A stretch of DNA of 51,212 bases from Bigelowiella natans CCMP2755 (taxonomy: Eukaryota > Protista > Cercozoa): positions 1 to 51,212 of the forward strand of contig ADNK01003113.1 in assembly GCA_000320545.1 (NCBI GenBank), given 5' to 3'. Shown here in pieces: positions 13,301 through 23,609 of the stretch. The translations under genes and the position numbers were made by a program. The notes beneath the pieces are model-generated. The model saw only the letters and a program-made list of their open reading frames with translations, had not been told where the DNA came from and searched no databases. The number at the start of each line of letters is the position of its first letter. The stretch's first letter is position 1.

Positions 13301-14376
13301 ATGATCAGTCTCCTCAGGAAGTGTGGATCGGTTTTTGTACTGAGTGCAGTTGTCACATTACTACAGCTGAACATGGTTGGAGCTCATGTCACCATGGTAT
13401 GCTCCGCCACGCACAAGGATCGAATAGGAGAAACCACGTTCTTCCTAGGCACCTACAAACACGGAAACGATATGACCTCGACCGTGAACGGTCAAATTCA
13501 TATCACGCCTCCCTCAGGAGTGACCCAACAGCATTCGTTTACAACGACCTGCAGTACTGGATTAATCCCGTATACAGCTACGACAGAGCAAGTATATACA
13601 AAACCTTCGTTGCGTTTGAAATACTACAACTTATCCTCTGTCCGATGTCCCCTCCCTCCTTCCCTCCCTCCAACAGGTGATCAACTCCTTCAGATCATTT
13701 GCAGACCCTTATGTTTTCGGGGGACACAACAATACAGCATGCAAGAACATCAAGGGTCACCAGGGCCAGAATCTAGTCAAATCAGACAGTAAGTTATTTC
13801 GAACTAGTGAGAGATGCCATTCCCAAACGTCGAGCGCACTCTGCTCGTAGAAATTTTCTCAAATGATCTCATTCTTGGGTTCATCAGGCCAGATTTCGTG
13901 TTACCTCGCTCACCCGAACCCACCCGATGAATTTGAATGGGGCTTGCCAGAATATAGGGTGAGTCTCTTGCACGTTACTCCTCTCCTATACACATTGAGA
14001 CAAGATAATATTAACGTCATGCTTATATATATATATATATATATATTTATTTATTTACATATCCCCCTTCTCGGTTTCGATCGCACACAATTAGGGGAAC
14101 TCTCTGCCCTACTGTCTTGGATCAAAGACATTCGATATCGGTAGTAACGAGAGAGGAGAGAGATTTTTAGAAAACTAACTGTTCGCATACACGGAAGGAA
14201 GCTGATCGACCTAGTTAGATATTGACTCGAAACTATTCACTAACCAGGTGTTTGGTGGGTTGCTCCTGTGTATGGCACGCTGCCGGGGACCTACAAGCTC
14301 GAGGTGAAGAATGCAGACGTGGAACTGCAGCCAGGCCTGAAGTAAATTGTGCAAGTTTGCTTCAAACACGATTCTT

Positions 14377-14444
<68 letters not shown>

Positions 14445-15221
14445 GTAATACAAAAGTAAGTTATAGATACATATTTTGTGTTTGCGCTTGCGTGTTGCCT
14501 CAGCGCTCCATGCTGTATGGAGACTTCCGCTAACAGATACGGAGGAGGAAGCCAGAAGGTAGATCAGACATAGTTTTAATTTAACAAAAAAGTGTGCTGG
14601 AGCCGCAACTAGAGAAATCTGCGTACATTCCTACATTCCTACAATTCATGTTACTTCTAGCTATACTGGAGTGTAGCAGTTCCAGGGATGTGCTACAAGT
14701 TCTATGAGAATTTTGATCAGTCCGAAGGCGTTGTGGGTAGACCTCGATCGGGGAAACGATCTTGATGGCACATATATTCAGTTGTGCATCACCATCGAGC
14801 GAATTCCTCCCAGCACCTTTTTCTTCATTCAACGCCTTTTTCTTTACTCGATGTTCTGCCACTTTCCCTTTTCAGGGAGCAGCGGTGTACATGGGGGTGT
14901 CCACATCCAAGTTTGGCTCGGCTTGTCTCACAGACGTCCCTGATTCCGTATTGGTATTCAGCTCTCCCTCCCACCATCCAAATTATCGGAACACAGCAAC
15001 ATGCAAAGAACAAATAACAAACCGTTTACGAACAACCAGGAACATGATTTGATTCGTTAATGTTGTATAAACGGCGAGCTCCAAAAAAATTGCGAAACAA
15101 CCATGGAAAATATCTTTTCTTATACCAGACGAACGCCCAGAATGCCAAGCCTACCACCTGCGATGGGAGCATGTACACCATCGAGAGGTTGCTTTAAAAT
15201 CTGAGCAGTATGATGTTATAT

Positions 15222-15263
<42 letters not shown>

Positions 15264-15317
15264 ACAATGTGTGTGTGTGTGTGTGTGTGTGTGTGTTCGC
15301 ACACACAAAATGTGAAG

Positions 15318-15360
<43 letters not shown>

Positions 15361-16408
15361 CTAAATGGTAGCAGAATCTCTTCTAAGCAGCCTGTTGCAA
15401 TAGTACACATCACGAATCCTTCTCCCGCCCTATTCACAGCGGCTTTGTATGCCCAATCGTCTGCAATCCCGGTTACCGTGCTATCGGCAACCTCATCTGT
15501 GATAACGGACGGTACTAGGAGTAGTAACAAGTAGTTTTATTTTTTACGTTCTTGAAGTTGTAAGTGCAGCAACTCGAACGGAAGGACATTGTAACCAACA
15601 ACCGAAGTGTAGACACACATTTGCGCAGCTACATTACAAGCTTACTGTATGTCATGTACGAATTCCTCGTTTCTCTACTCCTGATGCTGTCGTTACTTCT
15701 ACTTACTTTCCCAACAGATGGACTACGGAGTCGTTTAAATGCAGCAATGCCCCAACTTGCTCGCTGCCATCTACTTCAAACGGCAACCTCGACTCGGCAT
15801 TGGACACCGGCATTATAGGAGTTATTACCTCCGAAGGTGCCTCCACTTATTCACGTTTTACATTTTTTTCTTATCTCTCTTCGCAGGCTTCATTCTTGCT
15901 TGACAGAATGGAGCACGTACTCTGCCTGGCCAGCCCCTCAGTATTTTTCTAACTTCTTAGGTTGCAGCTCGATCACTGAGTCAGGAACACACTGCTATTA
16001 CACTTGCTCTGGAAACCGCACAGGACTCGGCCAAATACAGTGCAATCCCGACACGAAGTGGACATCTGGAAATGGGTAGTAGTTTTGGAAAACCTTTTCA
16101 TGACGGCATTGTACAGTAACGCTGCTTTGCAGTTTCCACTCTTCTATGAATGATAATTTAAATTGCAATTTTTATCATCCGAACCTGAGTGTCCAGATGT
16201 TATTTCTAGATACATGTATTTTCCCCCTCTCCCCTCCCCATACTCTTTCATTTGCTTAAAGAGTTAATACATTGTTTTTGTTCCATGATGAATTGTCATT
16301 ATCAGCTACGAAGGTTGTGCCACACTTTCATGTGCGCTGAACCCCCCGCCTCTAATGTGCAAGAGCACACTTGCCTACACTACTTGCTGTGCCAGTGGCG
16401 GTCCTTAA
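13301..16408 (+). CDS. Secreted/surface Cys-rich protein with Sushi/CCP-like module(s), multi-exon, possibly 3'-truncated
   Basis: Signal peptide 'MISLLRKCGSVFVLSAVVTLLQLNMVGA' and exon 'CSSITESGTHCYYTCSGNRTGLGQIQCNPDTKWTSGNG' with Sushi-like C...C.Y.C...C.....W spacing. The last readable exon, YEGCATLSCALNPPP..., runs toward the TpA-depleted zone. Confidence 0.6.
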
Positions 16409-16559
16409 TTCCATAGACGTGTGCGGATTGTGTCATTTGTCCACCATCTTGCGACTTGGAAAATAATTTGAGAGCGCACTTGCCGTCCCTACGACAAAAT
16501 TGAGTTTAAAAGTTTTCGTTGGTATCTGTGACAGTTTGCATTGTCAGTCTCATGTCAAT

Positions 16560-17697
16560 GTGCAGATGCGTGCATGTTGTGCGTGCTTGGATTGACGCTG
16601 CCTTGTGTTCGCATTGTTGCACGATGTGCGCCAGGTGCATGAATGCTCTAGTGCTTATCATGCAAGACAGAGCAATAGGCAATGCTAGAATGGCCGCCGC
16701 CCAATGAAGCTCTCGCCTCACTGCTCTCACAAGCTGCATGTGATCGATTAGACTGACCATGCTGCACGCAGTTGTGTGCAGCATGCACAGGTGCATCGCA
16801 TTGTGGCATTGGTCTTCGTTCATGTAATGTGCGTCAAACAGTGCATGCACGTGCTAGCATGGCCGCCCCGTAACGATGTCATCAGTTCAATTTTTTGCGT
16901 GCAAAATGTGAAAAAGTTGACATAGTCGTTCCTCAACTTGCTGCCCCAAAATCGTCATTCTTTGTCACTTTGCACCCCCAGGCAGCCTTGTGATGCAAAA
17001 AAGTCAAGCCATTGTGTTTCAGAAATTGCACAAGTCCATCAAACCTGTAACGAATCGCCAGAATGTGCATTTGGAAGCTTTTGCACGCGACCAAGCGCGT
17101 CATGTGATGCAACAGACATTGAGATTTGCTCGCATTTCTTTGAAATTTTTCGTGCATGTCACATTTGGTCAAACGCACACGCAAAAGCATTCAAAATGTG
17201 GCAGAGAACAAACGCGCAGCGTGCATCCGCTACACAACGGGTGTGAATTTTCACAGCTTGAGGCCTTGAAAATGGACATTTTGTGGAATTTTGGTCAACA
17301 TTTCGGTCATTTTTTCAGGTTTGGCCATCGGACAAGTTCTGATGACTTTTCTTTGACTAACTGCCACTGCCTGCTGCTTCAAAGCGCGTCGCAAAGCGCT
17401 GCACTGTTCACAACCCCGTCTAGCCGTCGTTGCCGGGTTTGACGGACTTGTGTGTGAACGCCTCCGCATGATGGTCAGGTTCATGTTGTCACGGCCTCTC
17501 AGTGCGTTGGTGACACAACTCTCACAGAACAGAACACGGTCAATTTGAGCACTGGTTTGAGTTTTGCAAGCAGGCAAAAAAGTTTCCAAGCAGCGCAGTC
17601 GATTTGCGATGGCGGCCGATCGTCGCGGAGGCGTGCTTGTGCGCTGCGCATGGGCGGCTGGTCTTGGGATCCCGCCAGCAGCCACGTGGCGCGCGCG

Positions 17698-17737
<40 letters not shown>

Positions 17738-17818
17738 GGCGCTGTAGCCGCTGCTTTGCACAACTGCACGAGGATGAGCATCATTGAACAAACTTGGTTT
17801 GATTTGTCACACCCGTCT

Positions 17819-17849
<31 letters not shown>

Positions 17850-19400
17850 GCACATGCACACACACATGCACATGCACACACACCGCCAGACTGCGCACGC
17901 GTCACTGTGTCTCGCCGTGCTGTGCGTCACGCGTGCGCTAGTCGCGTCAAGAGAACGATTGTGCGCTGCTCGCCGCTTGGTTCGAAGAAAAAGAAGAATT
18001 GTCAAGTTTTCAAGGTTCAAGGCCAGCACTTGTGCACTTCAGCAGTGGAACTCTGCTCCTGAGTGAGCGAACGAACAACAATGGCAACGGACGAAGCACT
18101 TCCAATGCCTTTCAATGCTTGAGTCAAAAGGATCATCGGATGCACCAACTCAATCCTGAAAGTGAAAACTGCTTGGGATGAACCATTTCGAGTCTGTCAT
18201 CCAATCGAGCAAAGGCTGCACTGGCTTCATCCGGGAAGAATCTTTTGATGCATGTCACTTTTCGAACCTGATTTGAATTGGTTCAGGTGTGATTTGAGCT
18301 CTCCCCAAAGCTCAGATTGGACAGAGGGGATTTTTCAGTCCACGCGTTTCCGTTGGACTTTGTGCGATCCGCGTTTGTTGAGATTGTGACCGAAATGCTG
18401 AGGCCAAGAGGAAAATTCGGAAGTTTTTCGGGAGTGAAAACTGCTCAGGATGAATCTGTTCAAGTCAGTCAAACATGCAATCGAGCAAAGGCTTCATCCG
18501 GGAAGAATCTTCAATGATGCAGATTCAAACATCCTCAGTTTGCCAACCTAGTCACCGGTGGCTGGGGCGACACGTTTGTCCATCCCACCGGTGAACAGGA
18601 ATGTGGTTCAGGGATTGGGGGAAAAGCCACCCTCATGACTGAACCCCCCGCCCATCACCGCATCGGGGCGCCAACAGGAACGACAATGAACAATGAACAA
18701 TGAACAATGAAGAAAGCGTTGATCAAAACTGCATGCGCCAGAACCACATGGGAGACAGGCATTTGCACGCAGCAGAGCCTCAACAACACTCGTTGCAAGG
18801 ACTTGTCAGCACCCTGTTGGTGAGAGACACAAAAAATCAGCCGCATCCCATGAAATTGGCATGGATGCCGATTGATGGTGCCGTTGAGATGTGAATTGAT
18901 TGGAACCAAAACTGGCATCTTGGATGCCGAACAGCAGCAAACTTGTCAAGCAGGACAATGGTTCGACGGAAAGCCCTGTCGATTTCTTTGTCAGTCGAAG
19001 GGACACCAGATGTGGCCCCCAAAGCAAGGCAGAACTTGTCATGGGAAGACATGGCTGAGAAAGCACGCAACGTGACCACGTCATCATTGGCATCAGGTTG
19101 ATGACGAGACACCAGGTGACGAATCCTGGTCCAGAAACGGTCTCTGATGTCGCACGTTCCTTGGCAGGAGAACAAAAGGTGCATCAGGGACATGTCTTCG
19201 TGAGAATCGCACAAGGAGCACCAGCCCTCATGCTGCTCCAGTGCGAAGAATCTGGCAGTGTTGTGACGCCACCACAAGGCTCCACAACGAGCTTGGAATT
19301 TGAGGGACAAGAAACCCACATCGCACCTAAACACGACTCAAAAGGGATCGGAAAAATGCTTCTGACATTCTAACATTTGCGAATTAGTCAAGTTTCACAT
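16560..19400. other. TpA-depleted (apparently hypermutated) domain
   Basis: One TpA in 17941-19327 (inside CTAG at 18548-18551) and about 8 in 16861-17940. CpG remains abundant. Confidence 0.9.
17688..17883. repeat. (GC)n(AC)n and mixed CA/TG microsatellites
   Basis: gcgcgcgc...cacacac at ~17688-17733 and cacaca...catgcacatgcacacacacatgcacatgcacacac at 17821-17883. Confidence 0.9.
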
Positions 19401-19900
19401 GGTTTTCCGTGGCGCACATCCGAAATGACCTATGTTTGTTTGATTTCCTGATTTCCTTGATTATTGCATCACAACCGATGGGGTGTGGCGGGCAGAGCCC
19501 TCGAATTCTGATTGTATTGGCTCTTTCTGTAGTTTGTTTGCTGCTCAAGGATGCCCCAATGGCTCCCGGCCGCAAGGTTGTCCATGATCCCTCTTCTCAT
19601 CCGCATGTTTTGGCTACGAAATTTCTCGTCTCAAGGCGAAAGCCTAACATAGCCAGAATAAGGCGAAGACTGGAGACTTTCAAAGGTCCCCGTCTCTCTC
19701 TCTCTCCAGACGTAACAACCCAAAAAATCAATGCTTTCATCTGCCTTCGTAATGGTTAGATCTTCCTTTCAATCATCCACACGTTGGCTGCACAAGACCG
19801 GGGCATATAAATGCATCGGCACTTGGGTTGCAGAGGAGTTGGAAGCGGATCGAAATATCGGTGAGTAATGTAGCTCGCCGCTGTCCTCCGTGGTTCTCAT
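18684..19900 (-). mobile_element. Degenerate, 5'-truncated non-LTR retrotransposon (LINE) ORF2 C-terminus with short tandem-repeat 3' tail
   Basis: ORF 18837-19334 has the LINE C-terminal CCHC knuckle 'WCSLCDSHEDMSLMHLLFSC..T.DIRDRF', preceded by 'FQARCGALW'. Upstream lies a broken-frame 'ERKI*PLRRQMKALIFW'. The tail is (TTCATTG)4 on the minus strand at 18684-18711. The RT core is not visible and the 5' boundary is approximate. Confidence 0.7.
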
Positions 19901-20383
19901 TTACATCTTCAATGAAAGGCTGACCTTGGATACGGGAGAAATGCCTACGAGACCGCAAAAATAGTAGCTAAATCGATCATGTTGTTTGGATGATGTATCC
20001 TGATGGAAACCCGTCAGGCACTTATCAATTGGGATATGCACAAACATAGTGATTGGGCAGGTTGCAAATCATCCTTTACTTTCTCAGAGTTCCAATCTTT
20101 AATATTATTGTTCTCAGGAATTTATCTTGAATCCGGAAACCGTCGAGCATCCGGGAGTGAGGAAGTAGATCAACGCTCCCTTGCAACTCTTGCAAAAACT
20201 TTCTTGAGGTACACTCTGTCTCATATCTCTGAATAAGATAATTCAACCAAATGCTCGTTTTATAATAAGGTTTATATGGGTGGTCAATCCTTGCCGCACT
20301 GTGTATTCGGTGCTCGACTAATCCCTTTATTTCATCATTCGTTCATGAGTAATTTCGACACACGCGCAGATATTGGATGAAGA

Positions 20384-20600
20384 ATGCGGAGGGGGAAGTG
20401 GAGACGATCATTCAAATACCCTAAGAATGCATTCGTGTGTATCATATGCAACTCTAAAAGGCCATCTTTTCGAAGGAGAGGTGATATAACATATCCCTTT
20501 GAGAGCAAGCAAAATAAAGTTTATACATTGCAGGAGATGCTCCGAGTGATTTGGGAAAAGCCCAAAAATGTGGAGAATTGCGATGAGAATAACAGGGTAA
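20384..20600 (+). pseudogene. Possible gene fragment with a degenerate RanBP2-type zinc finger
   Basis: 'GKWRRSFKYPKNAFVCIICNSKRP' matches the second half of W-x-C-x2-C...C-x2-C-x3-RP, but the first CxxC is missing. A GT donor follows. Confidence 0.25.
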
Positions 20601-20723
20601 GTTAAAAGTTGATTGACTTTGTCTACTTTAGTGATGTGCGTATTCAGAGTAATGGTCGAGTTATATTCGAGCTCCTAAGTCTATCACAAGGTAATTAACT
20701 ATAGTACCGTGTAAATGTTACAG

Positions 20724-20759
<36 letters not shown>

Positions 20760-21049
20760 TTCTTGATTCCATTGGATTTTTATTTATATAAACGCCACCA
20801 ATACCAAGGCAAAGGATTGAGAGGAAAAATTGCATTCAAGCTTGGATCTAAGATGCAAATGAAGTTTTTTCAAGAGCAAGTAAGATTAAATGGGCATGCA
20901 CGCTAATCTAAACATTGGCGGGGAGAAAAACAAAGTTGGTGGCTGATACATAATTTTTAGGCGGATACAATGGTCAAGCTAGTTCAATCAGAGGGTAGCG
21001 GCATCATAAAATCATGAGATTCACTTGCTTTTCTGCCAGTGTAATAGCT

Positions 21050-21560
21050 AACAGACGCGCTCTAGCGCTGCTCATGATTCTTGTGCCATCGATCACTCAA
21101 CGCGCAACGCAGAAGAGAAAGAAAGTAGTTCCTGTCGGAAGTGATCAAAACATAGCATGCTAGCTAGCATGAACGCAGTTTCTCAAATCATGAAAAGTGA
21201 GCACAAAGAAAATCATTCTTGCTGATTTTCACCCATGCTAGCATGCTACATTGGTCAAATTGGAACATGCAAGTGCACGCGCGTGTGCTTGACGTGCCAT
21301 GGTGCAACTGTGCAACTGCACACACGAACGTGCCCACCAGCTAGCTAGTCAAAACTAACGTGCGACATGGCCACTTTTGCCAACGATGCCGACGTGCACA
21401 TCACATGCCTGAATTGTGTGAGCGAGCAACAAAAGCGAATCGTGTTCACAACGCAGCACACTTCATTCATGAGCACGGAAATGATCACCGCGAGCACAAA
21501 TTCTCGACATCTTCTTAGAAAACAAATTGAACATTGAACATTGAAGATTTAACAAAGCAT
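21050..21560. other. TpA-depleted, CTAG-rich tract next to the second LINE tail
   Basis: Remaining TpAs are almost all CTAG, GTAG, ATAG, TTAG or CTAN. Confidence 0.8.
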
Positions 21561-21601
21561 CGATCAAATCTACATGCGCCAGAACCACACAGGAGACAGG
21601 C
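21525..21601 (-). mobile_element. Short second copy of the same LINE 3' end
   Basis: 21562-21601 matches 18721-18760 at 36 of 40 nt and is preceded by a related 7-bp tail repeat (ATTGAAC)n. Confidence 0.7.
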
Positions 21602-21906
21602 GTGTGGTCAAAACTCATGGATGGATTTTCTCCCAGAAAGCGAGCTAAGTGCATAATTTGTCGGTTTTCTAACATTTTCTCCCACGTGCAACGCGACTCG
21701 GAACTAGGAGAAGATGTAGTCGTTGTCATGACAGAGATTTGCGACAACAAAATCATGTTTTATTGCTGTAAAATAGAGGGCATTTCTGCAGTACTGACCA
21801 GAATTTTGCATAAAATGTTTCTCATTGAATAGATAAGAAGTCGAGTGCCAACGCAAGACCCCCCCCTTCCTGTCTTATCGACCTGTGTTCTGTTGCCTCG
21901 CTGGGC

Positions 21907-22810
21907 ATGTGGTTGCATGTTTCCTCTGCGATGAGGATATCGTCTAGAATAGCCCAAAGCAACACGTTGAAGAAAAGAGTGCTTTTTAGATTGAAGGGAA
22001 CGGAAGCTAGAGCGGGCACGATTCAAGGAGGATCGTGCAATGTAATACGGCCTGCATGGCGTCGCTGGATGAATGCATACGAGCGCTGTCTCGAGAGACG
22101 ACCGATTCTAACCAAAAGCATTACGGGGGGTATCCTATTTGGGCTTGGGGACATTCTTGGACAAACACTTAGTGGCCAGATGCAATATCAGGTCTACTGG
22201 GAACTAGTTTGATTGTTGTTCTGAATACATGTTCTAAAACCACTCTTATCGTGCTTTATTATACTAACAAATGCAATCTGTTACAATCTATCTATTACAC
22301 GCTATAGGGATTTGACCAGCTACGCTTTATCCGAGCTACCCTTTTTGGTGGGATATTCTACCCATTACCGGCACACATTCACTACAACTTTCTCGAGGTA
22401 TACATTGTCACCAAAAGCCCTTCTCTGCAATTTATAACACAATTCTTCATGGTGGATGGGCAGTGGCTCACCGTTAGGGTTGGCATCTCGACTTCTCGCG
22501 CGCCATTCTTCAAGGCATTCGTTGAGCAGTTCGTCTATTGGTAGTGCCATTCCTAGCAAATTCTTACCGAGTTCTCAGAGTATATTCGCTATCGTTCAGG
22601 TCTTACCTTTCGAATGCATACTATCACGCAGTACTAGGAGCTTTGCAGGGATTTACCGTCAACCAGGTGAGACAGTCTCAAACATTTGAGACATACGAGT
22701 GGCAATGCCTTTGTAATCGATAGGTTTATGATCGTGTGGCATCAACCCTATGGGATACATTGAAGGCGCAATGGGTCTTTTGGATTCCAGTTCAGCTTGT
22801 CAATTTCAAG

Positions 22811-22857
<47 letters not shown>

Positions 22858-23260
22858 TGTTGTCAACAGAGGGGAATTAATGAATTTAGCCCTCCTTTTG
22901 ACTGAGTTGCAATTCAGAAAGCCGATGTTTTTCGCTTAGGATCTGAATAAATTGTGCAATCGATATCATTACACGTGTGCTATGAAAATTCAAATCCTGA
23001 ATTCGCTTCTCGTTCTCTTTGGAGTTCTCATTGATATGGCTTGGGATATTCTCGCTAATCATAACAGATATGTCCCCGTCCGTCACCAGCTGAACTTCGT
23101 ACTTGTGGTATGTATTGGTGTAGGATAAGACTTACACTTGACCCTGATCTAATGCCTTGAACAGGTTTCCCTTGTCTGGACTAGTTTTCTCTCTCTTGCT
23201 TTTCCTCCTGATTTAGTCGTTGCTGAAGAAGGGGAAGAGGTCGAGCGAGGAAGGGGCTAA
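21907..23260 (+). CDS. Mpv17/PMP22 family membrane protein, multi-exon
   Basis: 'WMNAYERCLERRPILTKSITGGILFGLGDILGQ', 'FDQLRFIRATLFGGIFYPLPAHIHYNFLE', 'KAFVEQFVYW', 'LWDTLKAQWVFWIPVQLVNFK', 'YVPVRHQLNFVLV', 'VSLVWTSFLSL'. Stop TAA at 23258-23260. The start is uncertain. Confidence 0.92.
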
Positions 23261-23609
23261 GATTCGGATTTTGTAAATAAGAGTCAGGTGTCAGAGGCAA
23301 GGCCAGCAGAAATTATAAATTAAGGAAAGATCCTTGAATAGTAAAAAAAGTGGATCCATGTAAAAATTCATGTACATATTTATTCACAAGTTAAGAAAAC
23401 TACTAACAGCACACGCCTAGAAGGCAGCCAGCTCCAGCTGGAGCTGGTCAATGAGGGAGTCGTAATTGATTTAAAATTCCCTCTTGCTGCACATGAATCA
23501 TTGATTATTGAGCATAATAGCGTCATCGTTCGCTCCCATGCTTTGAGATAAGTGTGATCAATGATCAAAACTAGAAAACATTATCTTAAATAAATGGATG
23601 TGCTCTGTT

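Noticed and set aside
17455-17490. Similarity to 7214-7255 (gtgaacgcctcc...)
   Set aside because: Only ~12 nt are identical and the match does not extend, so it is likely chance.
18548-18594. Helitron 3' end (hairpin plus CTAG)
   Set aside because: There is no spacer between hairpin and CTAG, the following base is not T, and no Rep/helicase remnant is seen. Helitron ends also cannot explain dozens of CTAGs per spacer.
16337-18652. 14-bp direct repeat ctgaaccccccgcc (16337 and 18639) as a target-site duplication
   Set aside because: Low complexity, and a few chance 14-mer matches are expected in 51 kb. The exon at 16337 reads on plausibly without invoking an insertion.
16500-18950. Cys/His-rich ORFs in this zone and in the spacers as real small proteins
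   Set aside because: Explained by loss of TAA/TAG stops and the TG/CA excess. No recognisable domains apart from the LINE knuckle.
16560-19400. CpG methylation decay or classical RIP as the cause of the TG/CA excess
   Set aside because: CpG is abundant here and TpA is the missing dinucleotide. RIP would increase TpA.
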